Shown here: piece after piece, positions 9,658-19,342 of the stretch
Layout: each line of letters begins with the position of its first letter
Position numbering within the stretch: position 1 is the first letter of the stretch
DNA from: an uncultured bacterium
GTDB lineage: Bacteria > Actinomycetota > Acidimicrobiia > Spongiisociales > UBA5794
NCBI GenBank assembly: GCA_963801165.1
Contig: CAWDDT010000004.1
Coordinates: forward strand, 800,001 to 864,000
DNA: 64,000 nt
Reading direction: 5' to 3'
Position numbers and translations under genes: made by a program
Notes under the pieces: model-generated
The model's database searches: none
Seen by the model: the letters and a program-made list of their open reading frames with translations, nothing else
Told to the model about the DNA's origin: nothing

Positions 9658-10905
9658 ATGGCTGAAGTTGCCGCCATCCTCCACGCCGATCTCGACGCCT
9701 TTTACGCATCGGTGGAGCAGTTGCTCGACCCGTCGCTGCGCGGCAAGCCGATCGCTGTTGGTGGGGGCGTCGTGCTGGCGGCGTCGTACGAGGCGAAGGC
9801 TTTCGGGGTGCGGGGTGGAATGCCGGGGAGGCTGGCGCGCGAGCTATGTCCCCATCTGCGGTTTGTCGGTGGCAACTTCACCCGCTACCAGGATTACGGC
9901 GACCGCGCCATCGACATCGTTCGCGATTTCACACCGCTCATAGAGCGGATCTCGATCGACGAGGCGTTTGCCGACGTGTCGGGCTCGATCCATCTATTCG
10001 GGTCTCCCGCAAAGATCGCTGCAACGATAAGGGCGCGGGTCCGCGATGAGGTCGGGCTGCCGATCTCGGTGGGGGTGGCCCGCACCAAGCATCTCGCCAA
10101 GATCGGATCGCAGGTGGCAAAGCCCGACGGCATGGTCGTCATCGATCCTGCCACTGAGCTGGAGTTCCTCCACGACCTGCCGGTTGAGCTGATGTGGGGT
10201 GTCGGGCCGGTCACGAAGGCACGCCTGGCCGAGGCGGGTGTGCACACAATCGGCGAGCTGGCGGCGACGCCGGGTCGCTCGTTGGAGCGGCTCCTCGGTC
10301 ACACGGTCGGGGGCCGGCTCGGGGCGCTCGCGTGGAACCACGATCCGCGAGACGTCGTCACCAACCACCGGGCCGGGTCGGTGAGCGCTCAGTCCGCGCT
10401 TGGCAAGAAGCCGGCAACCGGGGAAGTGATCGGACCTACCCTGCGCCACCTGGCGGACAGGGTCGCCGGACGGTTGCGCAAGAAGAACCTGGCGGGCCGG
10501 ACGATCACCGCCCGGGTCCGGTTTGCCGATCTCCATGCGGTGACCAGATCGGTCACCTTGCCCTCACCCATCTCTGCGACCGTGATCCTCGCCGAGGTTG
10601 CCGAGGACCTGGTGGCGACCGCGTTGCATGATCACCCGGACGAGGCGACGATCAGCCTGCTGGCCATCGGCGTGTCGCATCTCGCGGATGATGCGGCTCT
10701 CCAGCTCGAGCTTCCTTTCGAGCTCGAGGGGGAAGAGCGCCGGCCGGGTACAGCCAAGGGCGCCGCGCGCTGGGTGCTCGACAGGTCGGTTGATCGGGTG
10801 CGGGAGAAGTACGGTCGAGAGCTGGTCGGGTACGGCTCGGTGGCGCTCGGTCAGCAACGGTCTGTGCCCGATGCCTTTCGCGAGCTTGCGGAGAAGGATC
10901 TCTAA
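9658..10905 (+). CDS. dinB: DNA polymerase IV
   Basis: ILHADLDAFYASVE, AASYEAK, SIDEAF, KPDG, WGVG motifs. Confidence 0.95.
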   Translation: MAEVAAILHADLDAFYASVEQLLDPSLRGKPIAVGGGVVLAASYEAKAFGVRGGMPGRLARELCPHLRFVGGNFTRYQDYGDRAIDIVRDFTPLIERISIDEAFADVSGSIHLFGSPAKIAATIRARVRDEVGLPISVGVARTKHLAKIGSQVAKPDGMVVIDPATELEFLHDLPVELMWGVGPVTKARLAEAGVHTIGELAATPGRSLERLLGHTVGGRLGALAWNHDPRDVVTNHRAGSVSAQSALGKKPATGEVIGPTLRHLADRVAGRLRKKNLAGRTITARVRFADLHAVTRSVTLPSPISATVILAEVAEDLVATALHDHPDEATISLLAIGVSHLADDAALQLELPFELEGEERRPGTAKGAARWVLDRSVDRVREKYGRELVGYGSVALGQQRSVPDAFRELAEKDL

Positions 10906-10987
10906 GCCGTCCCGGGTAACAGCCGATACCTGTTTAACCTCCCAGCAACCGGGGGGACGTTTTTTTGAGTGGTGAAAGGAGGTCCCG

Positions 10988-12631
10988 GTGACGCGTTGGC
11001 AAGCCTTGCGACGCCATTGGCCGGCCACACTGGCGATCTTTCTGGCCGCGGCCCTCGTGGCGAGTGTCGCCCTGCTGGCGCCGGGCGAGCGCGGGGTTGC
11101 CTCCTCGGGCATCATGCTCGGTGCTACTCCCGAAGCGATCGACGGGCTGCGTCAGGACGGTGTGGCCGAGATCGAGAACCAGCTGGGTCGGAAGCTCGAC
11201 CTGGTGCGTGTCTTCGAGAGCTGGGAATCGACATTCCCCAGCGCGTTCCACACCCAGATGGTCGATCAGGGCCGGTTGATGGTCGTATCGGTCAGGCCCA
11301 AGCGCGCAGACGGGTCGAAGATCCAATGGCGGGACATCGCCGATGCCGCTCCCGGCAGCCAGCTGTACAACGAGATGGTGGCGTGGGCGCAGAAGCTGCG
11401 AGACCTCAACGTCCCCGTCTGGTTTGCGTTACACCACGAACCCGAGGCGGCGGGCAGCTCCGGATACGGTGATGCTGCCGATTTCATCGCCGCCTGGCGT
11501 GCGTTTGTCGACATTATCCGGGCGCAGGGTGCCGACAACGTCCGGTTCGCCTGGATCATGACCGCATGGTCATTCGAGACAGCGGAGTCGGATGCCCGGT
11601 ATGCCGGCAAATGGTATCCAGGCGATGCGTATGTGGATCTGATCGGATCGGACGCTTACAACTTCGACAAGTGCCGCAGCAGTTCCACCGACTACTGGCG
11701 CCCGCTCGAGGAGATTGTCGAGCCGCAGCGTGTGTTCGGTCTCGCCCATCCCGGCAAGGACCTGTTCCTCGCCGAGGTGGCGTCGACCGAGGACCCTTCG
11801 GCCTGGGGTGGCGCCAAGGCGGCCTGGGTCACCGCAGCCAGGGCGCTGTTCCAGAAGCCCGGTTGGGAGCAGTTCGTCGCCATCTCCTTCTTTGACGTCT
11901 TGGATCCCGGCTACCCCAATTGTGATTGGCCGATCGATTCCAGCCCGGAGGCTCTGGCCGCTCTCGTCGATCTCGGCGCCGACCCGTTCTACGGCGGAGG
12001 CGGCGGTGGAGGTCCGACGTCGACGACCCTGCCGACGCCGACGACCCAGCCGACCCCGACAACCCAGCCGCCCCCGGGAGGGGAGACTGGGACTTTTGTC
12101 GATGTGCCTTCGACTAATCCGTTCTTCACGCAGATTGAATGGCTGGCCGGCGAGGGGATCACCGCCGGCTGCAACCCGCCTGGCAATGATCGTTTTTGCC
12201 CGGGCGAGGCTGTGACTCGGGGTCAGATGGCGGCGTTTTTGGTGCGGGCGTTGGGGTATTCGGATGATGGTGGTGGTGACTGGTTTGTCGATGATGACGG
12301 GTCGGTGTTCGAGGGGTCGATCGACAGGCTGGCGAGGGCGGGGGTGACCGCCGGCTGTAACCCGCCTGGCAATGATCGTTTTTGTCCGGGCGAGGCTGTG
12401 ACTCGGGGTCAGATGGCGGCGTTTTTGGTGCGGGCGTTGGGGTATTCGGATGATGGTGGTGGTGACTGGTTTGTCGATGATGACGGGTCGGTGTTCGAGG
12501 GGTCGATCGACAGGCTGGCGACCGCGGGGGTGACCGCCGGCTGCAATCCGCCGACGAATGACCGTTTCTGCCCCGATCAAGCTGTGACTCGTGGTCAGAT
12601 GGCCGCCTTCTTATACCGGGCCCTCAGCTGA
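10988..12631 (+). CDS. secreted GH26-like glycoside hydrolase with Pro/Thr linker and SLH repeats
   Basis: HHEPE, WYPGDAYVD..GSDAYN, LAE nucleophile region; three SLH repeats. Confidence 0.8.
   Translation: MTRWQALRRHWPATLAIFLAAALVASVALLAPGERGVASSGIMLGATPEAIDGLRQDGVAEIENQLGRKLDLVRVFESWESTFPSAFHTQMVDQGRLMVVSVRPKRADGSKIQWRDIADAAPGSQLYNEMVAWAQKLRDLNVPVWFALHHEPEAAGSSGYGDAADFIAAWRAFVDIIRAQGADNVRFAWIMTAWSFETAESDARYAGKWYPGDAYVDLIGSDAYNFDKCRSSSTDYWRPLEEIVEPQRVFGLAHPGKDLFLAEVASTEDPSAWGGAKAAWVTAARALFQKPGWEQFVAISFFDVLDPGYPNCDWPIDSSPEALAALVDLGADPFYGGGGGGGPTSTTLPTPTTQPTPTTQPPPGGETGTFVDVPSTNPFFTQIEWLAGEGITAGCNPPGNDRFCPGEAVTRGQMAAFLVRALGYSDDGGGDWFVDDDGSVFEGSIDRLARAGVTAGCNPPGNDRFCPGEAVTRGQMAAFLVRALGYSDDGGGDWFVDDDGSVFEGSIDRLATAGVTAGCNPPTNDRFCPDQAVTRGQMAAFLYRALS
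12161..12545 (+). repeat. near-identical 180-bp tandem duplication of an SLH repeat
   Basis: ACCGCCGGCTG...GATGATGACGGGTCGGTGTTCGAGGGGTCGATCGACAGG recurs at a 180-bp period. Confidence 0.85.
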
Positions 12632-12689
12632 GGCGGAATCATTTGGCGGATCCCCCAGGCCTGCGGCCGGGTTTCGGCGCCGCGGAAAC

Positions 12690-13157
12690 TCAAACCTCGG
12701 CGAGTTGAGGAGGGAAGCCGCCACGGGCAACCGGGCCCCAGTCGTCGATGGTGATCCGTATCAGCGACTTGCCCTGTTTCACCATGGCTTCCCGGTACTC
12801 GTCCCAGTCGGGATGCTCGCCCGCGATGCTCCGGTAGTACTCCACGAGCGGCTCGACGGCCTCGGGCACGTCGAGTACGTCGGCCGTGCCGTAGATCTGT
12901 ACCCACTCGTCGCCGAAGTCGTCCGACAGGACACACACCGAGACTCTTGGGTTGCGCCGGATGTTGCGTACCTTGGCTCGTTGCGGGTAGCTCGAGATGA
13001 CCAGCCGCCCTGCGTCGTCAACGCCCATGGTGTTGGGTGACATCTGGGTGCGACCATCGCGGCGAGACGTCATCAGAATGGCCCGGTGTCGCGGCCGGAC
13101 GAACTCGAGTAGGCCTTTCCGGTCGACTTTCGTGTTGGTAGCGATCTTCCGTGTCAT
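12690..13157 (-). CDS. PPOX-class F420-dependent oxidoreductase
   Basis: T.RRDGR.QMSP, AKVRNIRRNPRVS, EHPDWDEYREAM. Confidence 0.9.
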   Translation of the reverse strand: MTRKIATNTKVDRKGLLEFVRPRHRAILMTSRRDGRTQMSPNTMGVDDAGRLVISSYPQRAKVRNIRRNPRVSVCVLSDDFGDEWVQIYGTADVLDVPEAVEPLVEYYRSIAGEHPDWDEYREAMVKQGKSLIRITIDDWGPVARGGFPPQLAEV

Positions 13158-13173
13158 AGGCGCAGCATATCGA

Positions 13174-14487
13174 CTACCGGGCGGTGGCCCGGCGTGGCAG
13201 TGCCCCGACCAGGGTGGCCCCGAGTGCTGCGGCGGATGGAATGAGCCAACGAACGTGGGCCGTCGTGGTGGCGAGACCCTGGACGGCGACCGCCGCGGTT
13301 GTCCCGACGGTGAGAACCAACCCGAGGATGACGGCGATCGTGGCCGGAGCCGGCCGGGTGTTGATCCGCCACTCGAATCTGGCGAAGAGGGCGATCAGAC
13401 CCAGCGTGACACTCGCCAGGACAGCGAGCCATAGCGGCCGGCTCAGCCACCACACGGCAGTTCCCGGCTCGACCGAGAATGCGGTCCCGCCGAACAACGA
13501 CAGACCGGCGGCCCCTACCAGGGCCATTGCGGTGAGGTGCCACAGGTAGACGGTCATGATGATTCCCGACAGCGACACCACCGCATGCCACCCGCGGAAG
13601 CTGTCCGTGAAACGCCGGACCAGACCCTGGGTTCCCCAGATGACGCCGAGTTGCATGCCGCCGAGCAGAGCGATAGCGAAGGTGGGTGGGGTCACGTTGG
13701 TGAGCGCCGAACCGGGGATCCCGAGCATGGCAACCGGGTAGACGCCGATGGCAGTGAGCAGGATGAGGGTGCCAAGCGAAGCACCGGCGACTATCCATCC
13801 GGTGCGAGCAGCGATGCCTCTCCGGTCGAGGTCCGACCACAGATACCCGACCTGGTGGATGCCCGCCCAGGCAAAGAGGAAGTTGACCCATCCGATCAGG
13901 GGAATCCCGAACCCGAGTCTGAGAATGTCAACGAAGATGGCGGCGCCAAAGAGAGCGACGATGGAGACTGCTCCCCGTTGCTGCCACCAACGGTAGGTGA
14001 ACGGAGCCAGGGCAACGAGCACCAGGTAGACGGCCATGAACCACAACGGCACTGTGGCAGCCATCGCACCCGCCCACACGATGTCGTGAGGGATGAGGCC
14101 CCGGATGGCAACAATCAGCGCCACCCAAACGGCGAGCAGCGGGAGCACCGGGGTGAACAGCCGCCGCATCCTGGCGGCGATCCACTCGTGCCGGGGCTCC
14201 TCGCCCAGGGCCACTCGTCGCAGCGCCCGGGCGTTGGCGTATCCGCCGGCGAGAAAGAACACCGGCATGACCTGCACCAGCCACGTCAGCCAGCCGGCGC
14301 CCGGAACCCATTCGAGTGAGTTCATGAGCTGGACGTCGCCGGAGGGGGTCAGCCAGATCGATGCGGCCAGCCAGTGGCCGAATACGACGACGAGGATGGC
14401 GAGTGCTCGCCAGAAGTCGACGATGCGGTTGCGGTCGGCCGGCGTGGCTGCGGCGATTTTGCTGGTGTAGGTTGTGTACTTCTTCAT
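13174..14487 (-). CDS. acyltransferase-3 family membrane protein
   Basis: RNRIVDFWRA..VVFGHW, QVMPVFF..GGYAN, VYLWH; start re-assigned to ATG 14487. Confidence 0.85.
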   Translation of the reverse strand: MKKYTTYTSKIAAATPADRNRIVDFWRALAILVVVFGHWLAASIWLTPSGDVQLMNSLEWVPGAGWLTWLVQVMPVFFLAGGYANARALRRVALGEEPRHEWIAARMRRLFTPVLPLLAVWVALIVAIRGLIPHDIVWAGAMAATVPLWFMAVYLVLVALAPFTYRWWQQRGAVSIVALFGAAIFVDILRLGFGIPLIGWVNFLFAWAGIHQVGYLWSDLDRRGIAARTGWIVAGASLGTLILLTAIGVYPVAMLGIPGSALTNVTPPTFAIALLGGMQLGVIWGTQGLVRRFTDSFRGWHAVVSLSGIIMTVYLWHLTAMALVGAAGLSLFGGTAFSVEPGTAVWWLSRPLWLAVLASVTLGLIALFARFEWRINTRPAPATIAVILGLVLTVGTTAAVAVQGLATTTAHVRWLIPSAAALGATLVGALPRRATAR

Positions 14488-14559
14488 GAGGGCACCGTAT
14501 TGGTGCCCGGTGTCGCGCACATGGGGGCGATACCCCCAGCGTCTATCTGGGGGTGGGGA

Positions 14560-15540
14560 TTGATAGCCGAGGTTCCGGCAACCATCGACGCAATTGATGC
14601 GCGCTGGGTCTCCCTGGTGGTGGGCAGCGCCGATGTGTCTGAGATCACAACGAATCGGATCGGCGAGGGCTTCGGGCTGGCAGCGGAGACTCATCGGGTC
14701 GATATCGTCGACGCCGACATGCCGCCACTGGCGGTGAAACTGTGTGACGCGGCTACGGCCGATGCAGAGGTGCACGTCTACCGGCACGTATTGAGCCGGA
14801 CCAACATGTCTCGCCCCGTGCTCGTCGAGGCGGCAACTGAGGGGGAGCGCGGCGTTGTTGTGTACGAGTACATCGCCGGGGCAACCCAGGGCGACATCCT
14901 GGCCGGCTGTTCCGACGCAACCCTCGCGCGGATCATCGATGGACTGGCCGAACTCCACGCTGCGTGGTGGTGCCGGGCCGGTGACGCGGGCGTGCCCGCC
15001 GCCGGGGAGCGAATGCGCCGGGAGCTAACCGACGCTCATATAGACGCATGTCTCGAACGTCTCGGCGGCGCACTCGAGCCCGATGCTGTGGCACTGATCC
15101 GATCGATGCCCGGTCGTGTCGACGACGTCATCGATGAGCTCGTGAGCCACCCGCTGACCGTTGTTCACGCCGATGCTCATCTCGACAACGTGCTCATTCG
15201 GGGAGATGGGAGCCCGGTCATCCTCGACTGGTCCACCGCCCGGGTTGCTCCGGCTGCACTCGACCTGGCTCGTATCCAGATCGAATGCATGATGCCGGAG
15301 CAGCGCCGCAGGCTTCGGTCCCGGATGGCTCAGCGCCACCATCGGGCATTGACCGACCGCGGCATCGGCGACTACAGCATCGAGGAGCTCGAACGCGCCG
15401 TCGACCTCGCCCACCTGGCTTTCATCCCGGGTCTCGTCAGGTGGGGAGCCAGGGAGCGGCGGAAGGACCACCCGGCACACGCCGATCTGTTGTTGCGCGC
15501 CGGGCTGATCGCAACCACCGATGCCCTCCTCGGCAGGTAG
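14560..15540 (+). CDS. APH/choline-kinase-like phosphotransferase
   Basis: LAELHA.WW, HADAHLDNVL, LDW; start uncertain. Confidence 0.8.
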   Translation: MIAEVPATIDAIDARWVSLVVGSADVSEITTNRIGEGFGLAAETHRVDIVDADMPPLAVKLCDAATADAEVHVYRHVLSRTNMSRPVLVEAATEGERGVVVYEYIAGATQGDILAGCSDATLARIIDGLAELHAAWWCRAGDAGVPAAGERMRRELTDAHIDACLERLGGALEPDAVALIRSMPGRVDDVIDELVSHPLTVVHADAHLDNVLIRGDGSPVILDWSTARVAPAALDLARIQIECMMPEQRRRLRSRMAQRHHRALTDRGIGDYSIEELERAVDLAHLAFIPGLVRWGARERRKDHPAHADLLLRAGLIATTDALLGR

Positions 15541-15554
15541 GCGAGGTACAGCTG

Positions 15555-16352
15555 CTACTGGGGCTTCGTGTACCGGTGCACGGCCAGGGGAGCGAACACG
15601 GCGATGATCACAAGGATCCAGATGATCGTGTACACCACCGGGTTTTGCAGAGGCCACGCGGTTGGCGTAGGCGTCCCGGCCGGGATGTTGCCAAATAGCT
15701 CACGGGCGGCCTGGGTGACGGCAGACACCGGGTTCCACTCGGCGAAGTGTCGCAGCGCACCGGGCAGGGTCTCCGATGGCACGAAGGTGTTGGCAATGAA
15801 CGTCAGCGGGAAGATCACCATGAACGAGGCGTTGTTGACGACCTCGACGCTCGGGACGATCAGGCCCACGAAGGCCATGATCCACGAGAACGCATAGGCG
15901 AAAGCCAGCAACAGGAGGAACCCGAGGGCGGCTTTGAACAAGCCGTTGTGCAGCCGCCACCCGACGAGAAGACCTGTGAGGGCCATGATCAGCAGCGAGA
16001 GCACGTTGTAGATGACATCGCTCGCCGTCCGGCCCAGCAGCACCGCGGATCGGGACATCGGCAGAGAACGGAATCGGTTGATGATGCCCTTCTGCATGTC
16101 GTCGGCGAGCCCTGCGCCGGTGAATGTGGCCCCGAACACAACGGTCTGAGCGAAGATCCCGCCGATGAGGAACTCCCGATAGGCGCCGCCCTGGATCTGG
16201 ACGGCGTTGCCGAAGACGTAGGCAAACAAGAGCACGAACATGATCGGGGACAACAGAACGAAGACGAGCACCTCAGGGACCCGCTTGATCTTGATCACGT
16301 TGCGCTTGGCGACGGTGTGTGCGTCGAGGAAGGCGTTTACCAGGCTCGTCAT
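15555..16352 (-). CDS. ABC-2 permease (DrrB-like)
   Basis: RFRSLPMSRSAVLLGR, EWNPVS; overlaps the ATPase stop codon. Confidence 0.9.
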   Translation of the reverse strand: MTSLVNAFLDAHTVAKRNVIKIKRVPEVLVFVLLSPIMFVLLFAYVFGNAVQIQGGAYREFLIGGIFAQTVVFGATFTGAGLADDMQKGIINRFRSLPMSRSAVLLGRTASDVIYNVLSLLIMALTGLLVGWRLHNGLFKAALGFLLLLAFAYAFSWIMAFVGLIVPSVEVVNNASFMVIFPLTFIANTFVPSETLPGALRHFAEWNPVSAVTQAARELFGNIPAGTPTPTAWPLQNPVVYTIIWILVIIAVFAPLAVHRYTKPQ

Positions 16353-17320
16353 GCTTTGACCTCCTCAGCGTTGGTTTCCGGTGCGGCAACGTGCCCGGTG
16401 AGCGTCAGGAACACGTCGTCGAGGGTGGGCCGCCGCAGCCCGACATCGCTGACATCGATACCGGCGTCGTCGATCTTGCCCACGGCCTTGGTGAACTCGG
16501 ATGCTCCCCCGGAGATCGGTGCCACGATCGTCCTGGTCCGCTCGTTGACCTGGACGTCGCTGATGGCGAAGCTGCCCAGGAGGTCGGCCGTCCGGGTCAG
16601 ATCGACCTGGTGGGTGACCGTCACCTCGATCCGCTCCCCACCGACCTGGTCCTTGAGCTGGTCCGAGGTTCCGTGTGCGATCGCCCGCCCATGGTCGATG
16701 ACCAGGATGTCGTCGGCGAGTCGATCGGCTTCCTCGAGGTACTGGGTGGTCAGCAGCAGCGTGGTCCCCTTGCCGACGAGATCTTCGATGACGTTCCACA
16801 TCTCGGTCCGGCCGTTGGGGTCGAGACCTGTGGTGGGCTCGTCGAGGAACAGCACCATCGGCTCGGCGACGATGGCGCCGGCGAGGTCCAGCCTGCGTCG
16901 CATTCCACCGGAATACGTCTTGACCGGGCGATCGGCGGCATCGGTGAGGTCGAATCGGTCTAGTAGTTCCCTGGCGCGTTTGCGCGAAGGGTCACGACCG
17001 AGGTGATACAGCCGACCAATCATGTCCAGGTTCTCGAATCCCGTGAGGTTCTCGTCGACGGCGGCGTATTGGCCGGAGAGCCCGATCACTTTGCGTACTT
17101 CATCGGCATGTGCGACCACGTCCTTGCCGGCAACGGTCGCCCGTCCGGCATCGGGATGGATCAACGTGGCCAAAATAGAGACCGCGGTGGTCTTCCCCGC
17201 GCCGTTGGGACCGAGCAGCCCGAGAATGGTGCCCTCGGGGACACTGAGATCCAGCCCGTCGAGGGCCTTCACTTCCTTGTAGTACTTCGCCAGTCCGGCT
17301 GCCTCGATGATGCCGTCCAT
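16349..17320 (-). CDS. ABC transporter ATP-binding protein (DrrA-like)
   Basis: GPNGAGKT, YSGGMRRRLDLA, LDEPTTGLDP, PTLDDVFL. Confidence 0.92.
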   Translation of the reverse strand: MDGIIEAAGLAKYYKEVKALDGLDLSVPEGTILGLLGPNGAGKTTAVSILATLIHPDAGRATVAGKDVVAHADEVRKVIGLSGQYAAVDENLTGFENLDMIGRLYHLGRDPSRKRARELLDRFDLTDAADRPVKTYSGGMRRRLDLAGAIVAEPMVLFLDEPTTGLDPNGRTEMWNVIEDLVGKGTTLLLTTQYLEEADRLADDILVIDHGRAIAHGTSDQLKDQVGGERIEVTVTHQVDLTRTADLLGSFAISDVQVNERTRTIVAPISGGASEFTKAVGKIDDAGIDVSDVGLRRPTLDDVFLTLTGHVAAPETNAEEVKA

Positions 17321-17384
17321 GGTGTCCTCCCTCTTTCAGGAGCCGCAACACTACCGATGGGGTGTGACACGTTTTGACGGGCGG

Positions 17385-18229
17385 TTACCGGGCAAGTACT
17401 TCGTTCACACCCGGGAGCGGCGTGTGCAACAACTCCCGCGCCCGGGAGATGTCGAGCGAGCAGTCGCGGGGCGCGGGCGGTCGGTCGGCACGGGCATTGC
17501 AAAAACCGGTCCGCGGTCGACTCCATGGAAACGAAGGAGCGCTACCCCGAACTGATACCGGGACATCTTCTCGGCACCTGCCACGTGGAGCATCCCTGTG
17601 TAGTCGCTGCTAGCCAGCTCGACCAGGGCATTGGCGAGGCTCTCCACCCAGATCGGGCAGCGCATCTCGTCGGACCACAGCCTCACGATCTCTCGCCGGT
17701 CGAGGGCGTCGATCATCCACTGGGCCGCCCGGGCGACGGTGGGACGCCACCCGTAGATGAGCGAGGTCCGCACTATGACGGCATGCGCTCCCGAATCCAC
17801 TACGGCTTGTTCGGCGGCGGCCTTGCTCCGCCCGTATTCATTGAGCGGGCGGATCGGATCTTCCTCCCGGTAGTTGCCGCGCCGTCCGTCGAACACGACG
17901 TCGGTAGAGATGTGGACCAGACGGGCTCCGACCCCGGCTGCGGCTTTCGCCACGTTGGCGGTCCCGGCGACGTTGACTCCCTCGAAGTCCGTGCCAAGCC
18001 CCGGGTTGACCGCGGCGGTGTGGACGATGACGGCGGGTTGGTCCGCGGTGACGAGGGCGGTGACGGCGTCGGCGTCGCGTACGTCCAGCTGCCGCCAGGC
18101 GACGCCGTCGAGGTCACCCGGTTTGTGCCCGTAGCTGGCGGTCACGTCCCAGTCTTTGCGCGCCAGTTCGGCCACCCAGCGTCCGAGATACCCACTCCCC
18201 CCGGTGATCAACATCCGCATTCCAGCCAT
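17385..18229 (-). CDS. RmlD-like SDR oxidoreductase (dTDP-4-dehydrorhamnose reductase family); 1-nt frameshift near 17470
   Basis: ITGGSGYLG, STDVVFDG, YGRSK; adding one C to a C-run restores RPRDCSLDISRARELL and a stop at 17385; leaderless -10 TAGCAT. Confidence 0.85.
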
Positions 18230-18280
18230 GGCCGGGATGCTAGAGGCTCTGCGCCTCAGCTCCGCTGAGGTTGAACCAAG

Positions 18281-18895
18281 AGTGATCCCCCCATTTCGGG
18301 GGGATCGGGCGGCCTCCCGGGCCGTGCGAGGGGGGAAGGACGGGCGGCGCTCGCTGTTGGTTGTGTCCCCGTCCTGGTCCAGTCCCTCCCTGTGGTCGGG
18401 TCTGGCCCCGCCCTCCCGCAAGGGGAGGGCTGCTACTGGCGTGACCGCCGATCGGGTGTACCAGCGGCGATTGCGGAGACCAGTAGTGATCCCCCCATTT
18501 CGGGGGGATCGGACGGCCTCCCGGGCCGTCCGAGGGGGGAAGGACGGGCGGCGCTCGCTGTTGGTTGTGTCCCCGTCCCGGACCAGTTCCTCCCTGTGGT
18601 CGGGTCTGGCCCCGCCCTCCCGCAAGGGGAGGGCTGCTACTGGCGTGACCGCCGATCGGGTGTACCAGCGGCGATTGGGGGAGACCAAGCAGTGATCCCC
18701 CCATTTCGGGGGGATCGGGCGGCCTTTTGGGCCGTCCGAGGGGGGAAGGACGAGCGGCGCTCGCCGTTGGTTGTGTCCCCTCCCTCGGTCAGCTACTCGC
18801 CTGCGGCGGCGCTGCCCTCGACCCTCCCGCAAGGGGAGGGTCACTACCGCGCCACCGCTCGGAAACAACAGCGATCCCCCATTTTGGGGGGATCG
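18281..18895. repeat. intergenic REP/BIME-like palindrome array (204-206 bp units)
   Basis: GATCCCCCCATTTCGGGGGGATC or variant x4 (about 18284, 18488, 18694, 18873) alternating with CCCTCCCGCAAGGGGAGGG x3. Confidence 0.9.
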
Positions 18896-18994
18896 GATAG
18901 CCCTCTGGTCTTAGCTTGATCCACGGATTGGGGAGCAGGAATCGCTCGATTCGGCAATAAGGCTCGGAGCCTCGCGCTACGGGCTGGCTCCGAC

Positions 18995-19255
18995 CTAGCT
19001 CCCGAAGAGGTTGGCCTTGATCTCTTTGCAGGTGGGGCAAACCGGGTAGCGGTCCGGGTCGCGATTGGGGATCCACACCTTTCCGCACAGCGCCATGACG
19101 GGGACACCCTCGACGTTTGCCCGGACGATGTCGGCTTTGCGAACGTAATGAGCGAACCGGTCGTGGTCGCCGTCGTCGGTATCGATGATGATCTCTTCCT
19201 CGGTGATCACCGCCGGTTTGAGCTCGACCTGGCTGTTGGCATGAGGGCTGCGCAT
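18995..19255 (-). CDS. DUF3039 family protein
   Basis: GDHDRFAHYVRK...ALCGKVWIP.RDP.RYPVCPTCKEI. Confidence 0.9.
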   Translation of the reverse strand: MRSPHANSQVELKPAVITEEEIIIDTDDGDHDRFAHYVRKADIVRANVEGVPVMALCGKVWIPNRDPDRYPVCPTCKEIKANLFGS

Positions 19256-19342
19256 AGGCCCAGTATCGCGGAAGCGGGGGCGAAGCGGATCTCCCCCCCA
19301 CTTCTGGCCCCTTCGTTGCTACGGCGTCGGGGTCGACGGCTA

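Noticed and set aside
10937-10968. Intrinsic terminator after dinB
   Set aside because: A T-run is present but the stem is short and imperfect; too weak to call.
18230-18868. 210-aa N-terminal extension of the RmlD-like ORF
   Set aside because: It is translated repeat DNA whose reading changes between units, and a leaderless -10 sits directly before ATG 18229.
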